Assembly (NCBI GenBank): GCA_050084985.1
Contig: JBITNC010000001.1
Location: 165,044,001-165,108,000, forward strand
Reading direction: 5' to 3'
Length of the DNA: 64,000 nt
Source of the DNA: Nageia nagi
Lineage: Eukaryota > Plantae > Pinophyta
Shown here: positions 39,354 to 51,321 of the stretch, one piece after another
Numbering within the stretch: the first letter of the stretch is position 1
Layout of the letters: the number at the start of each line of letters is the position of its first letter
Translations under genes and position numbers: made by a program
The notes under the pieces: model-generated
Databases searched by the model: none
Told to the model about the DNA's origin: nothing
The model's input: the letters and a program-made list of their open reading frames with translations, nothing else

Positions 39354-40261
39354 GTCTATATAGGTCCTGGCAGATCAATTTGATTTTTAGAAAAACAGGG
39401 CTATTGGAGTACACCGAGTTATGTTAAAGAATGGGACTTACATGAAACTTCATTTTAAGGTTAAACAAAAATAAATGGTTATGTGAGAAAAGTAAGTTAT
39501 CTTGCATAACTCATGGTATGTCTATTAACTAGACAAGGTCTTGAAAATGAATGTGTGCATCTTCTGAACATTGTAAATTGAAAACTTCTTTTCAAGTTGA
39601 TTGTAAGAGCCTGGATTTTTTCATATGTCTAGACTCTATATTCAAGCCAATCTTATGTGTGATGTGGTCATGCATGTGCATCTATCCTTACCGTGCACTA
39701 TGAAGTATAAACATTTGTGGCACAAGGGATCCACATGAATAATTGTTTTAACTATCCATCAAACGAAGTATTTGGTTTGTTGGATGGTGTACCTTTTGAA
39801 AACATTGGAGGCCGATAGTTTCTCATTTATGCCTAACATTTGCTAAATATGTTTACATGTAGTTCAGCGTATGATTTCTATAGAATTGAATGTTCAAGGT
39901 AATATTATTCTTGTGATTGTTTACTCTGAAGCTTCTTGAGTGATGATATATGAGGGGACGGGTTAAATAGGTTTGTTAAGCTGCTGTTAACTATTGTGAT
40001 GGAAATAACTTAATAAGTATCCCTCTTTAATTCATACTACAAGTATAGCAAGTATTTCACACAGGTAGGATTAAAATGCACATCAACATGGAAGTCCTAG
40101 TTTTAATTTGGTGTTTTTCTAATGCAATGTTTCTTCCTTAAATTATTCTAGGTGCTTTTGGTGATGCTTTATTAATTATTTCTGTTGAAATTCACAGTTT
40201 TAAAAAAGAAAATAGGAAATTGCCTTTGATATCTATTGATGTAATTATTTTTAATTTTCAG

Positions 40262-40315
40262 GGTATAACTTTGATCATAACAGTTCTCCAAATTGTGCGA
40301 CTTCCAAATGTTAAG
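40262..40315 (+). CDS. SPPL: SPPL gene, 54-nt exon
   Basis: ttttcag|GITLIITVLQIVRLPNVK|gtata. It continues the previous exon in phase 0 across a 26,477-bp intron. Confidence 0.95.
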
Positions 40316-40589
40316 GTATATTGATTTAGAATCTGCTGGTTGTTTCTAGAAGGAAACATAATTATGTTAAATCTTTACTGGAGTTCTTGAATAAATTGGA
40401 ATGGAAATTATAAATTGTGTTTTAAATGGTTTCTAGGAGATTAACATGGTTTATGACTTAAGTATTCAGTTATAGTTGATGCTGTTTTCAGCTTTCATAA
40501 TTGACATTACAATGCACTGTGTTAAGTGGCATGTTGAATATCAGAATGAAACTTGTATGTATAAAGTCCAAATGCTCACTTTGGGTTTG

Positions 40590-40745
40590 GAAGGAAAGAA
40601 AGTATATTAACGTCCACGGGAGACTAACAATGGTCTATGGGCGATTGTAGTGGGCCACTACATAGTATGCATGTCTTGTAGTGGGAATCGAACATGCGAC
40701 ACAAGGCGTAGCAAGGTCAACATATGACCAACTCAACCAACAACC
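40590..40745 (-). mobile_element. tRNA-derived SINE with a LINE-derived 3' end
   Basis: Box A TGGTTGAGTTGG (40739-40728) and box B GTTCGATTCC (40693-40684), 34 nt apart. The 3' end CCATAGACCATTGTTAGTCT...GTGGACGTTAATATACTTTCTTTCC matches the LINE 3' ends. Confidence 0.8.
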
Positions 40746-41626
40746 GAGACATAATATTTGTGTTGACCAATTCTTCCATGTTTTGAAACTAAAGCAAGGT
40801 GTATTTTGTAAGACTATGGAACATGCATGTGTTGTTCTATGTTATGTTCTGAGTAGGAAACTTGAGAAAGTTTGAAACATGTATGTTTGATTATTTCCTG
40901 AATGACATGGCAAGGTCTTCTTGAATTGGTATTCATGTGGATTCTTAGTTTTGTTATAAGTTGTATCTAAAGAACTAATCGTAAAAGGAACTTATGTCTT
41001 GCAGCATTTTTGGAGGTGCAATCACTGAACTGCAATTGAAATGTATCTCCTTAGTCCATATTAGACTTCAAAATTTACTCTTGCCATGATAGATGATCAT
41101 TCCTTTGAAAAAATGGCTTCTAAGGGCCAGCTGCTTCTAATAAAATGCATGTTTTCCTGTGGCTATCTTTATGCATGTAATAAGAAATAGCAGGTCATGA
41201 AGTCTTATTAATCCTGGATCTTCAATAAAGGTTTGTAAGGGGGGAATCTAACTCCAGCGGAATGATGTTGTTTTTACTGACAATTAAATACTGTCATTTG
41301 TCTACAGCTAAAGTTGTGTAGTGGCAAAATTTTGCTACAATATGGGCTAAAACTGTAAGGAGATGAGGAAAGGTCAAGAAACATGCAAAATCGTGGATCC
41401 ATTGAGATTTAGATTAATGTTTTAGTTATTTCGTTTTTCAATCAAATTAGCAAAATTAATAAAGTCATGTCTGATAATTTTTTAACATGTAATTTTTTGT
41501 TGTATTTTCTTTGATGGTTACTTGAAAGAAGCTTTTGTTGTTTCTAATAGAAGAATCCAAATATCTGTGAAGTTTGAATGTTGTTCTAGAGCTTATAAAT
41601 TATTTCTCCATCATTTTTACTTTCAG

Positions 41627-41719
41627 GTTGCCACGGTTCTTCTAAGTTGTGCTTTTCTGTATGACATCTTTTGGGTGTTTATCTCACCTAAGCTATTCCA
41701 TGAAAGTGTGATGATTGTG
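41627..41719 (+). CDS. SPPL: SPPL gene, exon with catalytic YD motif
   Basis: tttcag|[31 protein letters not shown]|gtaagt. YD is the first active-site aspartate. Confidence 0.97.
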
Positions 41720-41872
41720 GTAAGTATTCATCATTGATTCTTTGTGTTCTATGCATGCAAAAATATTTTTTCCATTGTTATTGACAATATTACCATAAAA
41801 GGTTCCGTAAGTATAAATAAGTCTCTGCGGATCAAGCCTTCACAGTAATTGGATTTTTCCATTCTATCATAG

Positions 41873-42015
41873 GTTGCTCGTGGTGATAGAAGTGGGGAGG
41901 ATGGTATTCCCATGCTACTTAAAATTCCACGGTTATACGATCCATGGGGTGGCTACAGTATTATTGGCTTTGGGGACATACTTTTACCAGGATTGCTGAT
42001 AGCCTTTTCTTTAAG
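41873..42015 (+). CDS. SPPL: SPPL gene, exon with catalytic GxGD motif
   Basis: catag|[49 protein letters not shown]|gtaca. GFGD is the second active-site aspartate. Confidence 0.97.
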
Positions 42016-45000
42016 GTACAACTTTTTTGCCTTAATGAAGCTGTTTATACCATTTTTAGTTCTTCTCTATTTCATAAGATGCACATATATTCTAAACACT
42101 ATGCATAAGAATTGTTAGGAGAAGCCAAAACCCACTAGTAATGTCCCCAGTGAATACAAACCTTCAACTGTGTGATAATATGGCTTTTATCTGAAAGGTG
42201 CTGCTAATTGGAAAGTTTATAATTTCTTTCTTGTGAGCTTTTTCTCTTGGTTATTCTTGAACTTGGTCATGTAGACCTTTCATTCATAGAAGAGTTTATG
42301 TTGAGATTTTTCTTACATCTCCTTTCATAAGTGATTTCGATTGTGATCATGAATTGCTTAACTGTTTGCTTCATGAATGATGAACTGCTTTTCCTGTATT
42401 TTTTTCTAATTGCTAAGATAAAGTTCTGTCTGATTGCATAACAAGTGTGCATGGAGTTTCTCAAGAGATATTTATGAGCAAAGATATTAAATTCTAAGGA
42501 TGAATAGATAGTGCATGTCTAATTTTTAATTTTTGGCATATAAGCATCCATTATGATAAATGTTTTCCCCAAAGAATGTATTATTTCAAGTTTCAACTTA
42601 AGTATCTTTAGTGAATTCTTAAGATGTAGGTTACTTGAGGATGGAATGTTACGAATTGTCTCATCTATAATAGTAGTCCAAAACTCAACTAGTTTGCAAT
42701 TGCAAGTGCATCTAGTCAATGTTTAAAAGAATAGGTATCAAGTATACATTTTGGGGGTCAAATTTTAAAAATAGTCAAAAGTACGGGAAAAATAGAGAAA
42801 AAACATCAAAAATACTATAGAAAACAAGAACTCTTAAAATTTGTGAAAAACAAGTTGAAAAAAATGTGTTTAAACATCAAGCATGCATATATACGAAATT
42901 TTTTTAAACACATCATCTAGTATGATGTGTTGTGTGTACATGTGCATTTTCTATGGAAACTGCTTGTGTAAAGTGCGAACACCTTAAAACATACATGACA
43001 AGATTGAGAGGTGTTGGTACATTTTTCTTTCCTACCCTAGCATATAGATATATGGGATGGGATCAAAGAACACACAACACCTTAGATGAGGAGGTGTTAC
43101 TCTCCCCCACTTGAAAGGACCGGTACTCCAAGGTCCTCTTATCTTTTGAAAACCTACACGTTTTAGGATTGTGAATTGCTTAGCTTTGGTGCGAGAAAGG
43201 CTTGGAATAGGTCTTATCAAATGGTAGAGGCAATGACTGTCACCTAAAACAAATTTGTTTCTAAAAGGACTCAGAGTTACCTTTGCACTTTGTACAGAGG
43301 TGTGCCTTGTAGGTTAAAAAAAGTGTAAAACAAAGAAAGGGAAAAATAAAGAAAGTGAAAAGGAAACAAAGTAAAAGGAATGATATGGCTCTTGTGTTAA
43401 ACTCTATCTATACTCTTGTTGGTATGTTTTTCTTTCCTAGTACAAAACATGCACAAGACTTGGAGGAAACTACATTACTTGTTTTTGCCTAAAAGGACTG
43501 GTTACCCCAAGCACTCACATGGGATATGGTCTTTAAGGCTTAGTAGTCAGAGATGCATGTTGTTAACCGTATACGAGGGAAATACTTCAGAGTTCCTCTC
43601 CACAATAAGGAAAGATTAAAAATATGAACGAAAGCGAAGAAAGATCACAAATGCAGGGACAAACATAGGGATAAATGCAAAGGAATACAAGGAAAAGAAA
43701 TGACTTATGAAGGTACCATCAATGATGCAGTGTCTTGATAGGTCATCTTTAGATTCATTAAGGTCAATGTACTGACTATCAAGCTGTGCAACAAATAGCA
43801 AATATGCTCAAATCACTACCAGACGAGAGCAAGAAGCTGTTGGGTCTTGGTGGAAGACTCGATGGAAAGGGTATAAGTGAGGTGAGGGTGTGAGTGCAAG
43901 AACCTGACCAAATGATACAAAGACAAGTTGTAAGCCTCAGAATACATCCACTTATGTGCAAATCATGCAAAGAATGAAGTAAAACCACTCAATTGAATAT
44001 TCAATATGCAACTCAAGGAGATAATCATTCAGATATGCATAATCCCACAAATGATATTCTTACAATATTGACTTTATAATCTCATTCCTCAAAAGAAACA
44101 TATTCATAATGATATTCAACAATAAACATACATAGAACCTCTTATGCAGCGAACCTCTATGAAATGGAATGTAAATACTAAAGGATGCAACAGCTCGAAA
44201 ATTCTTACACACATAAAAGCTTATAGCCAGCATCTCAAAAAATGTAAAAGCCTCAATATGCAAAATTTCCATTAAGTGTAGAGTCTCACATATGCAACGA
44301 TGCATAAAATCATGCAATAATTCAAGTGCAAAATTGCAAATATCCTCCAATGCAAATACCCCAAATGCCAAAATCCTCTTCTAAATGGCCCAAATGGGGT
44401 ATAAATAGGCCATTAGAAGTGTCACCCTAAAGGCATCGAATTTGATATGGTGTGCACACACGCAATGCACATACCGATACAAAATCAGCTTGTTCACACA
44501 AAACTATGCAAGTGGCACCTAAAAGCTGACAAAATATAAATGCCACCGTCAAAATGCATCTAATCTACCTCTAATCTATGCAACAGTGAATCAGATATGC
44601 AATAAAAGGTCTGAAAAGTTTGACATCTAAACCGGCGGGAGCAAAAGCTCATCCTTGCATCGGTCAGACCATGAATGAGTTTGACAGATTTGATCTGGCA
44701 GGAGATCTGGCAGGAGCAAAACCTCATCCCTACACTAGTCAAATCAAATGAAATAAAGTCTGACATAATAACCACCATCAACTATGCATTTGATAAAAGA
44801 AAAGATACTGCAGACATGATCTACGGGTGGATCAGACCTAGGCCAGATCTGATCCGATACTGGTGGAGTTCCATTCCTCATTGGTGAGACCGTACGACTC
44901 AATGGTCTCCTCCAAAAATGCCACAATCTTCCGTACACCCTTAGAAATCATGCCAACAGTGCTACCATTTTGTTGGAAATAATCTTCTATTTTCTTCGAT

Positions 45001-47358
45001 GTAGCCTGCATCTGGTGTCTCTAGATGACCTTCCACCTCTCATGGACGATGGGATGCCTCACCTTCAACAAGCTGAGATCATCAACATCAAGATGTTCCT
45101 GTATCAGGTTCTGAGCCTCAGCCAATACTGCCTCCTTTCTCACATTGTTGTCTTCCCCTTGGAACTTGAGTTGATAGACATATTCACTCATTTGTTCCTC
45201 GACCTCCTTTCTTGAGGGGATTCTTATTTTCAAAGTTGCATTGCACTTTTCAAGTGCATGGTTCAACCAATCGTGATGATAGGTGAACTCGTGGCAATAG
45301 ACCAACTTTTTAGGATTATTAGCATAAATATGCTACAGATGGGAGACGTTGGGAAGATGGCTATTCAACGTGCTAAGGTGTGTTGAGATTTTCGCGTTTA
45401 GGTCCTTGATTTCAACACCTTTAGCAAGGAGCTTGTAGATTTGAGAAGACAATCTCTAGATGGCCTCCATCACTTCCTTCTTCAATAGGTTTGTGAAATG
45501 CAATGTCATAGAAATGTGCAATTACAGCCTTAGGATCGTAGTTTTGCACAGCCACCTCCTTGGAAAAGGCATTCTCCTTTAAGAACAAAAGCTACCTAGC
45601 AAACTCCATGAGGATCAGTTTGTCACTAGCGTATCTTAGCAGGAGTAGGGGTCGCTCCTCTGATCCATAGACTCTGATGTGTGCATAGTCAGTGTTTTGC
45701 AAAAAGAAATCCACATGTACATTGATAGCTTGGATAGCCGCATTAGAAATCCTCTTTACTACGGACTCCCCTTTGATATCTTTGTAGATATCATACTCCC
45801 AATGATCAATTCTCTCACAAAAATATTGGAACTTGTTCTAGTACGACTACTTTGGATAAGCTTGCCACACAGGGATGCTCTTTTACCCTAGATATCTTTT
45901 GTCAGCCAATTTCCTAGATCTGATTTTGCCATGCAGCAACAAATATACAAGATAAGAGTTCATATAGAATCTCTTCGAGGAGCCAAAATAGGCTAACTGG
46001 TGGCGTAGGGCATCACTGATTACCCCAACCCATCGGATAGCTTTCCTCGAACCGATGATTGCAATGAAGCTCGTGAACTCCCTCCTATACTTGGTGTCCT
46101 TCTCTTGACCAGTAACCCTTGTCAAGAGAGTGATCAGTTTGGCCACAACAGGCAAGAACTCCTCTCTACATGTGTTGATCAACCTCTGACCTTGAAGATT
46201 CTGGTAATCTTCTAGCAACCAAGGCCAAATATAGTCTCCAGGTCGGGCTGTGGAATCCTAGAATTCTTCAGAATGTGCCAATGTGTAATTGTCGCCATAT
46301 CTTCTCCAGTCGAAGGTTGTTTCAATTCCAGCAGGGGAGAAATCCATGATTATGTTTCCCTTCGTGTCCCGTAGGACTCTTTTGTCATATTCATACTTGC
46401 TAGCTACCTCATGGCACAAGTCAGGAAAAGGTTTTGCAAGAGGCATCATAGTGGCATTGAACAAGCCACATGTGTGGATGAGCTCTTCTAATAAGTCCTC
46501 TTTACTGATGGAGGCTAATGTCTGGATAGGGTCTAAGTTTCCCCAATCTGTATCACCAACAAAGATGTGTCTCCCCTTGAATTTGGCTTCAGGGAGCTTT
46601 GGTCTTTCTTTCCTGAAATTATATCAGGCTTTCTTTTGAAAGCCGGTCATTTGGCTTTTGGTTACATGTCTCTCAAATAGCTGGCATTGAATCTTCCTGG
46701 CCCCTAATGGAGGTGGTCTGATACTGGAAGCCATGCAAGAATGTTTGAATACCCCAAGAAATCCCTAAAGACAAATCTGGACATTGTGAAAGATGCAGCA
46801 AAGCAGAATTAGACATGCAGATTTGGGCTGTAGGATGTCTAGCACACCAAATGATAGTTGCTTCCCCCTTTTATATGAGATGCATGGAGGGTGAATGCAT
46901 GGCAAGAGTACAAGCTTGCCACTTGTCTTCTTCTCCTCTTCACTCTTGGTGTTTCACACTTGACCAATTTTACCCTGCAATTATGGGCGTATAGTTTTGG
47001 ATGAGTGCTTGAGCACAGCTTGAAAAGCATGCGATTGGGCCTAGGGTCACTTAGTCAAATTTCGGGGCATAATTCTTCACCTCAATTCTGAGCGCATGGA
47101 TCTGATGAGTGCTTGAGCACATCTTGAAAAGCATGCGATTAAATTTAGGGACTACATTGAAATGCTTTAGCCCAAAAAAAAGCTAACAGGATGCACGTCC
47201 CCTAGAACACCTTATTTCTCTCTGGCGCATTGTTTTAGATGAGTGCAAAAGCATGCATTAGGAATGGTGCGATAGGGGAAAGGATGGCAAATCTGAAATG
47301 AAGTGAGTAAAATGACTAAGGGGTGTGGTGATATTTATAACATTCTAAACTGCCATGT

Positions 47359-50300
47359 TGTTGTGCCCACACAACACACCGCAAAATACAAGATTTTGGG
47401 GACCCTATTTTTGCAAAGGCAATGAGAAACATTGCCTTGAGATTGGCTTTTGGCGACGGATAGTTCATTCGGACGAGTGCAAATGTGATATCAAGGAGCG
47501 ATTCAAGGAGAGTTTGCGACGAAGACCCTGAAGAGTATTAGAGTATCTAGTCACCAGTTTTGGAGCCAAGGACCTAGGATCTGATAGACAACATCAGAGT
47601 ATGGATTTTTGGTCTAGAGTGCAGTAAGTGGAGATGGGGTCATTTTTTTAGAGTTTTAAGCTCACAAGTGCCAAGTGTGACAAAATTGAGTGTTTTTCTC
47701 AAGAACAAAGACTGGGAGCAATGGATGCAGCTAAGATAACAAAAACAAGTGTTTTTGTCAAGTACGAGCCCGAAAAGCTCAAAAATGGCTATTATCATGA
47801 AAATGCACGTTTGGTCGATTTTGAGCCTGAAAGTGGTCAATACAGTAAAGATGTGCGTTTTTGCATCGTTTGAGCCTAGAAAGCTCGAAATGGTAAAAAA
47901 TGCAAAGTTGAGCTCAAAATGGCCGAAAATGCTAGAAATGGGCGAAAATGGATACTTTAAGCATATAAGTGTTGAAAATGGCAAGTTTGAGCTTAGAAAG
48001 GTGGAAATGGTCGTTTTTACATAGTTTGAGCTCGAAAATCATTGAAAATGTAGAGTTTTAATTCGGAGATGCCGAAAGTGGCGTTTTGGTCGAGTTTGAG
48101 CTTAGAAACATCGGAAATGGTCAGAAATGCACAGATTGAGTCTAGGATGGCCCGAAAATGGAAGTTTGAGTATCCATAGCCCCAGGCATGTTTTCCCAAG
48201 GTATTGAAGACCTAAACGAGGGGAAAATGGTGCATGTTTTTCAAAGATAAATGCAAATGGTCTCGGATTTCAAGTCCAAGAGCTTCATTGGAGAGATAAG
48301 ATGAATTCTATCACAATTAAGACTTGAAATTTTCGATTTTGACCAAGTCTAAGGCACTCAAATCCTAGGTGCAGTTTTTCAAGCCTATGGGAAAACCATA
48401 GAAATGATTTTTGGCACCTAGATGGTGGAGGAAAAGTGGAAATGCATTGAAATTCAAATGTGAATACATTGATGGATGGAAGAGGTGATTTCAAGGCACT
48501 TTAGGTCTTCATTTTTTCGAGTTTGAACAAGTTTAGACCCCCAAATTTGTAGGCGCAAGTTTCCAAATGATTCCAAATCCAATGGGATGAATTTTGGTGC
48601 CTAGATTGACAAGATGAAGTGTTTTTTGCTCAAAAAACATGTTTAGATGCTTGGGAACAAGGAAGAGACCATTCTAAGCACATTTAATACTCAAAATTTT
48701 CGATTTTGAGCACTTTTGAGCATCCTAAAGGCTAGGCGCAAGTTTGGGGAGCTACGGAAATCCAATGAAGTGAAAAATTGCGCCTAAAATGAAAAATTTG
48801 TTGAAAAATCAAGTTTGAGGCGTCCATTAAGTGAAGTATTGAACACATTTAGGTCTTGGAAAAATCAATTTTGAGCAAGTTTTGAGGCCCAAAATGCTAG
48901 GCGCAGGTTTGCAAGGCTATGGAAATCCAATGGGATGAATTTTGGTGCCTAGCATGAGGAAAAAGGATAACTTTTGAGCAAAACTCAAGTTTGAAGATTT
49001 GAGAGCAAGGAAAAGGGCATTCCAAGGCACTTTAGGTCTACAAAATTTCATTTTTGAACAAGGGAAATGCCCGAAAAGGTTAGGCGCATGTTTTTATGCC
49101 AATGGAATTCCAATCAAGTGAATTTTGGCACCTAAGTCAAGGAGGTAGATAGATTTTTGATTAAAAACCAAATTTGAAGGCATAAATGGATGAAAGACCC
49201 CATTTCAAGCACATTTAAACTTGCAAATTTTCATTTTTGAGCAAGTTTGGGGGTACAAATATCTAGGCACAGATTTGGGGCTCATTGAAGATCCATAGGA
49301 CTGAATTTTGGCACCTAAGGTGGAAAAATTTGATAAATTTCACTCAAAAATCAAGTTGGACCCCTTCATTGCATAGAAAAGGGCATTTCTAGCACATCTA
49401 ACACTTGAAATTTTTTATTTTGGGCCATGAAAATCCCTCAAAAAGGTAGGCACAAATTTTCATGCCATCGGAAATCCATAGACCTGAAAATTGGCGCCTA
49501 ACATGAAAGAATGTGAAGATTTTACCCAAAAAGCAAGTTTTTTGACATATTTGCAAGGAAAATGCCATTTTGAGAACTTTTAAACTTACAAATTTCCAAT
49601 TTTGAGGAACTTTAAGGTTCCTAGAAGCTAGGCGCAGATTTTCATGCCATTAGAAGACCATACAAGTGAAAACTAGCGCCTAACTTAAGGAGGAACATCA
49701 AATTTTGCTCAAAATTAGAAAATTTCGCCTTCATTGCATGGAAAATGACATTCTAAGCATCTTTAAACTTGAGAATTTTTGAATTTGAGCAAGTTAAACG
49801 GGTCAAAAATCTAGGAGGCATTTCTCATTGCTATGGAAATTGTCACCTTTTTCTACCAAAAAAATCCATTGACATGAAAATCGAAAAATTTGCCAAAAAC
49901 TTCAAATCTTTCCCAAAACCTCCTAAAAGCCCCAAAACATCTCAAAACTTGCCAAGTATCTTATAATCCTATCCTTCATCCATCCATCCATCCATAAGCT
50001 CAAATCTACTTTTTGAAAAAATTCCAAATTTCGGACCCCCCCTATCTTTTTTGAAAAATAGACCAAAAAATCCACTTTTTCGAAAAATTCTCTTGGAATT
50101 CCTTAAATGTTTGCCATAATGATGACATCATCGGCAAATCCAGATACAGAAAGGAGCTCAAAAGACTGTCAGAAGAATCCAAAAAGGAGCCCAAATTGAT
50201 GTAAAATGCCTCAAAATTCATACCAGAGGACATCAATTTTTTTAAATATTTTATTTTTAGCATATTTTAGTGGGATGAGATTGTTCTCCCACTAAAACAA

Positions 50301-51321
50301 TATTGGAATTTCAATTTAGCATTCAAATTATCAATTTTGAAGCTTTTGTAGAAATTAGGGCAACACCCTCAAAATTGACCCAAAAAGTCTATAAATAGAC
50401 CATAGGGGGTCACTTTTGAAGGAGAATGTTTTTAGTGAAAATTTGTGAAAAATTGGCAAATTGATGTATCCTTGTAATTTTCTCACAAATTTAATACAAA
50501 GTGGTGGAATACTTGAAACAAAGAGATTTGTCATTTGTGAGAATGTGGATTTGACCATTTTGGAGCTTTTTGAGATGATTTAGAATCTTTTACGCTTTTC
50601 TTTGAAAATTTCCGAATTTTACGAAATTTTTTTGAAATTTTTTAAAAGTTTTTGAATCATTCCCAAATTGTTGCCTTTCCATAATTTGCATAGTAAGTGA
50701 ATGTATTCTCGGCTTTTCCTCTTTCTATGAAATCAAATTAGATTTCATTCATTCGAAACGAAGTTTTTGCGCATTTTTTGTGTCCTGTCTTCTTTTTGAT
50801 TGCATCAATCGTACTTGCAGAGTATCGACAATCAGTTCTCGTCCTTGCTCCTCTTAAGAATAGATTAAACTTAGGTTATTCTATTTTTAAGTTGGAGGAC
50901 TTCGAATGAAACTTTTTGATTGATCTTGAACAAGAAACCTTAGACACTGCTTCACTATGACCTTTTCTTTGTCATCTCACCAGTATTCGAAACATTCTCA
51001 CCCCTTTTCGTTTTCTTTATTTTTCAATTTGTTTAAAAACATTTGGCAACTTTCGAACTATTATAAGATAAAACACCTCAGTCCCTACAAAAAACGTGAG
51101 TTAACAGCTATTACCTCTACTACACCACTCAGTTGATTTCCAAACAAGACCTACACAATTCAAAGCTCGTATTAACAACACGAGCTTTCCGATAGAAACC
51201 TTGGGGTATCATTTCTTACAAGAGGAGTTCAGTAACACGTTCTCATCTACATGTTGGGTCACTTTCCCGTCTTGATCGTATGGGTGATCGTCGAGTAAGA
51301 GGAAAGGTTTCCATCCCAACA
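47359..51321 (+). mobile_element. Giant solo LTR (3963 bp)
   Basis: Termini TGTTG...CAACA, perfect 5-bp TSD CATGT (47354-47358 and 51322-51326), and a CTATAAATAG promoter at about 50390. Confidence 0.92.
48330..49845. repeat. 183-bp tandem array inside the LTR, about 8 copies
   Basis: The TGG(C/T)(G/A)CCTA motif ends at 48420, 48603, 48786, 48951, 49134, 49317, 49500 and 49682 (spacings 183, 183, 165, 183, 183, 183, 182). Confidence 0.92.

Noticed and set aside
40590-40745. Functional tRNA gene
   Set aside because: No complete cloverleaf or acceptor stem is evident, and it continues into a LINE-like tail.
48330-49845. CRISPR-like repeat/spacer array
   Set aside because: Whole units are homologous rather than unique spacers, there are no cas genes, and the array lies in a eukaryotic LTR.
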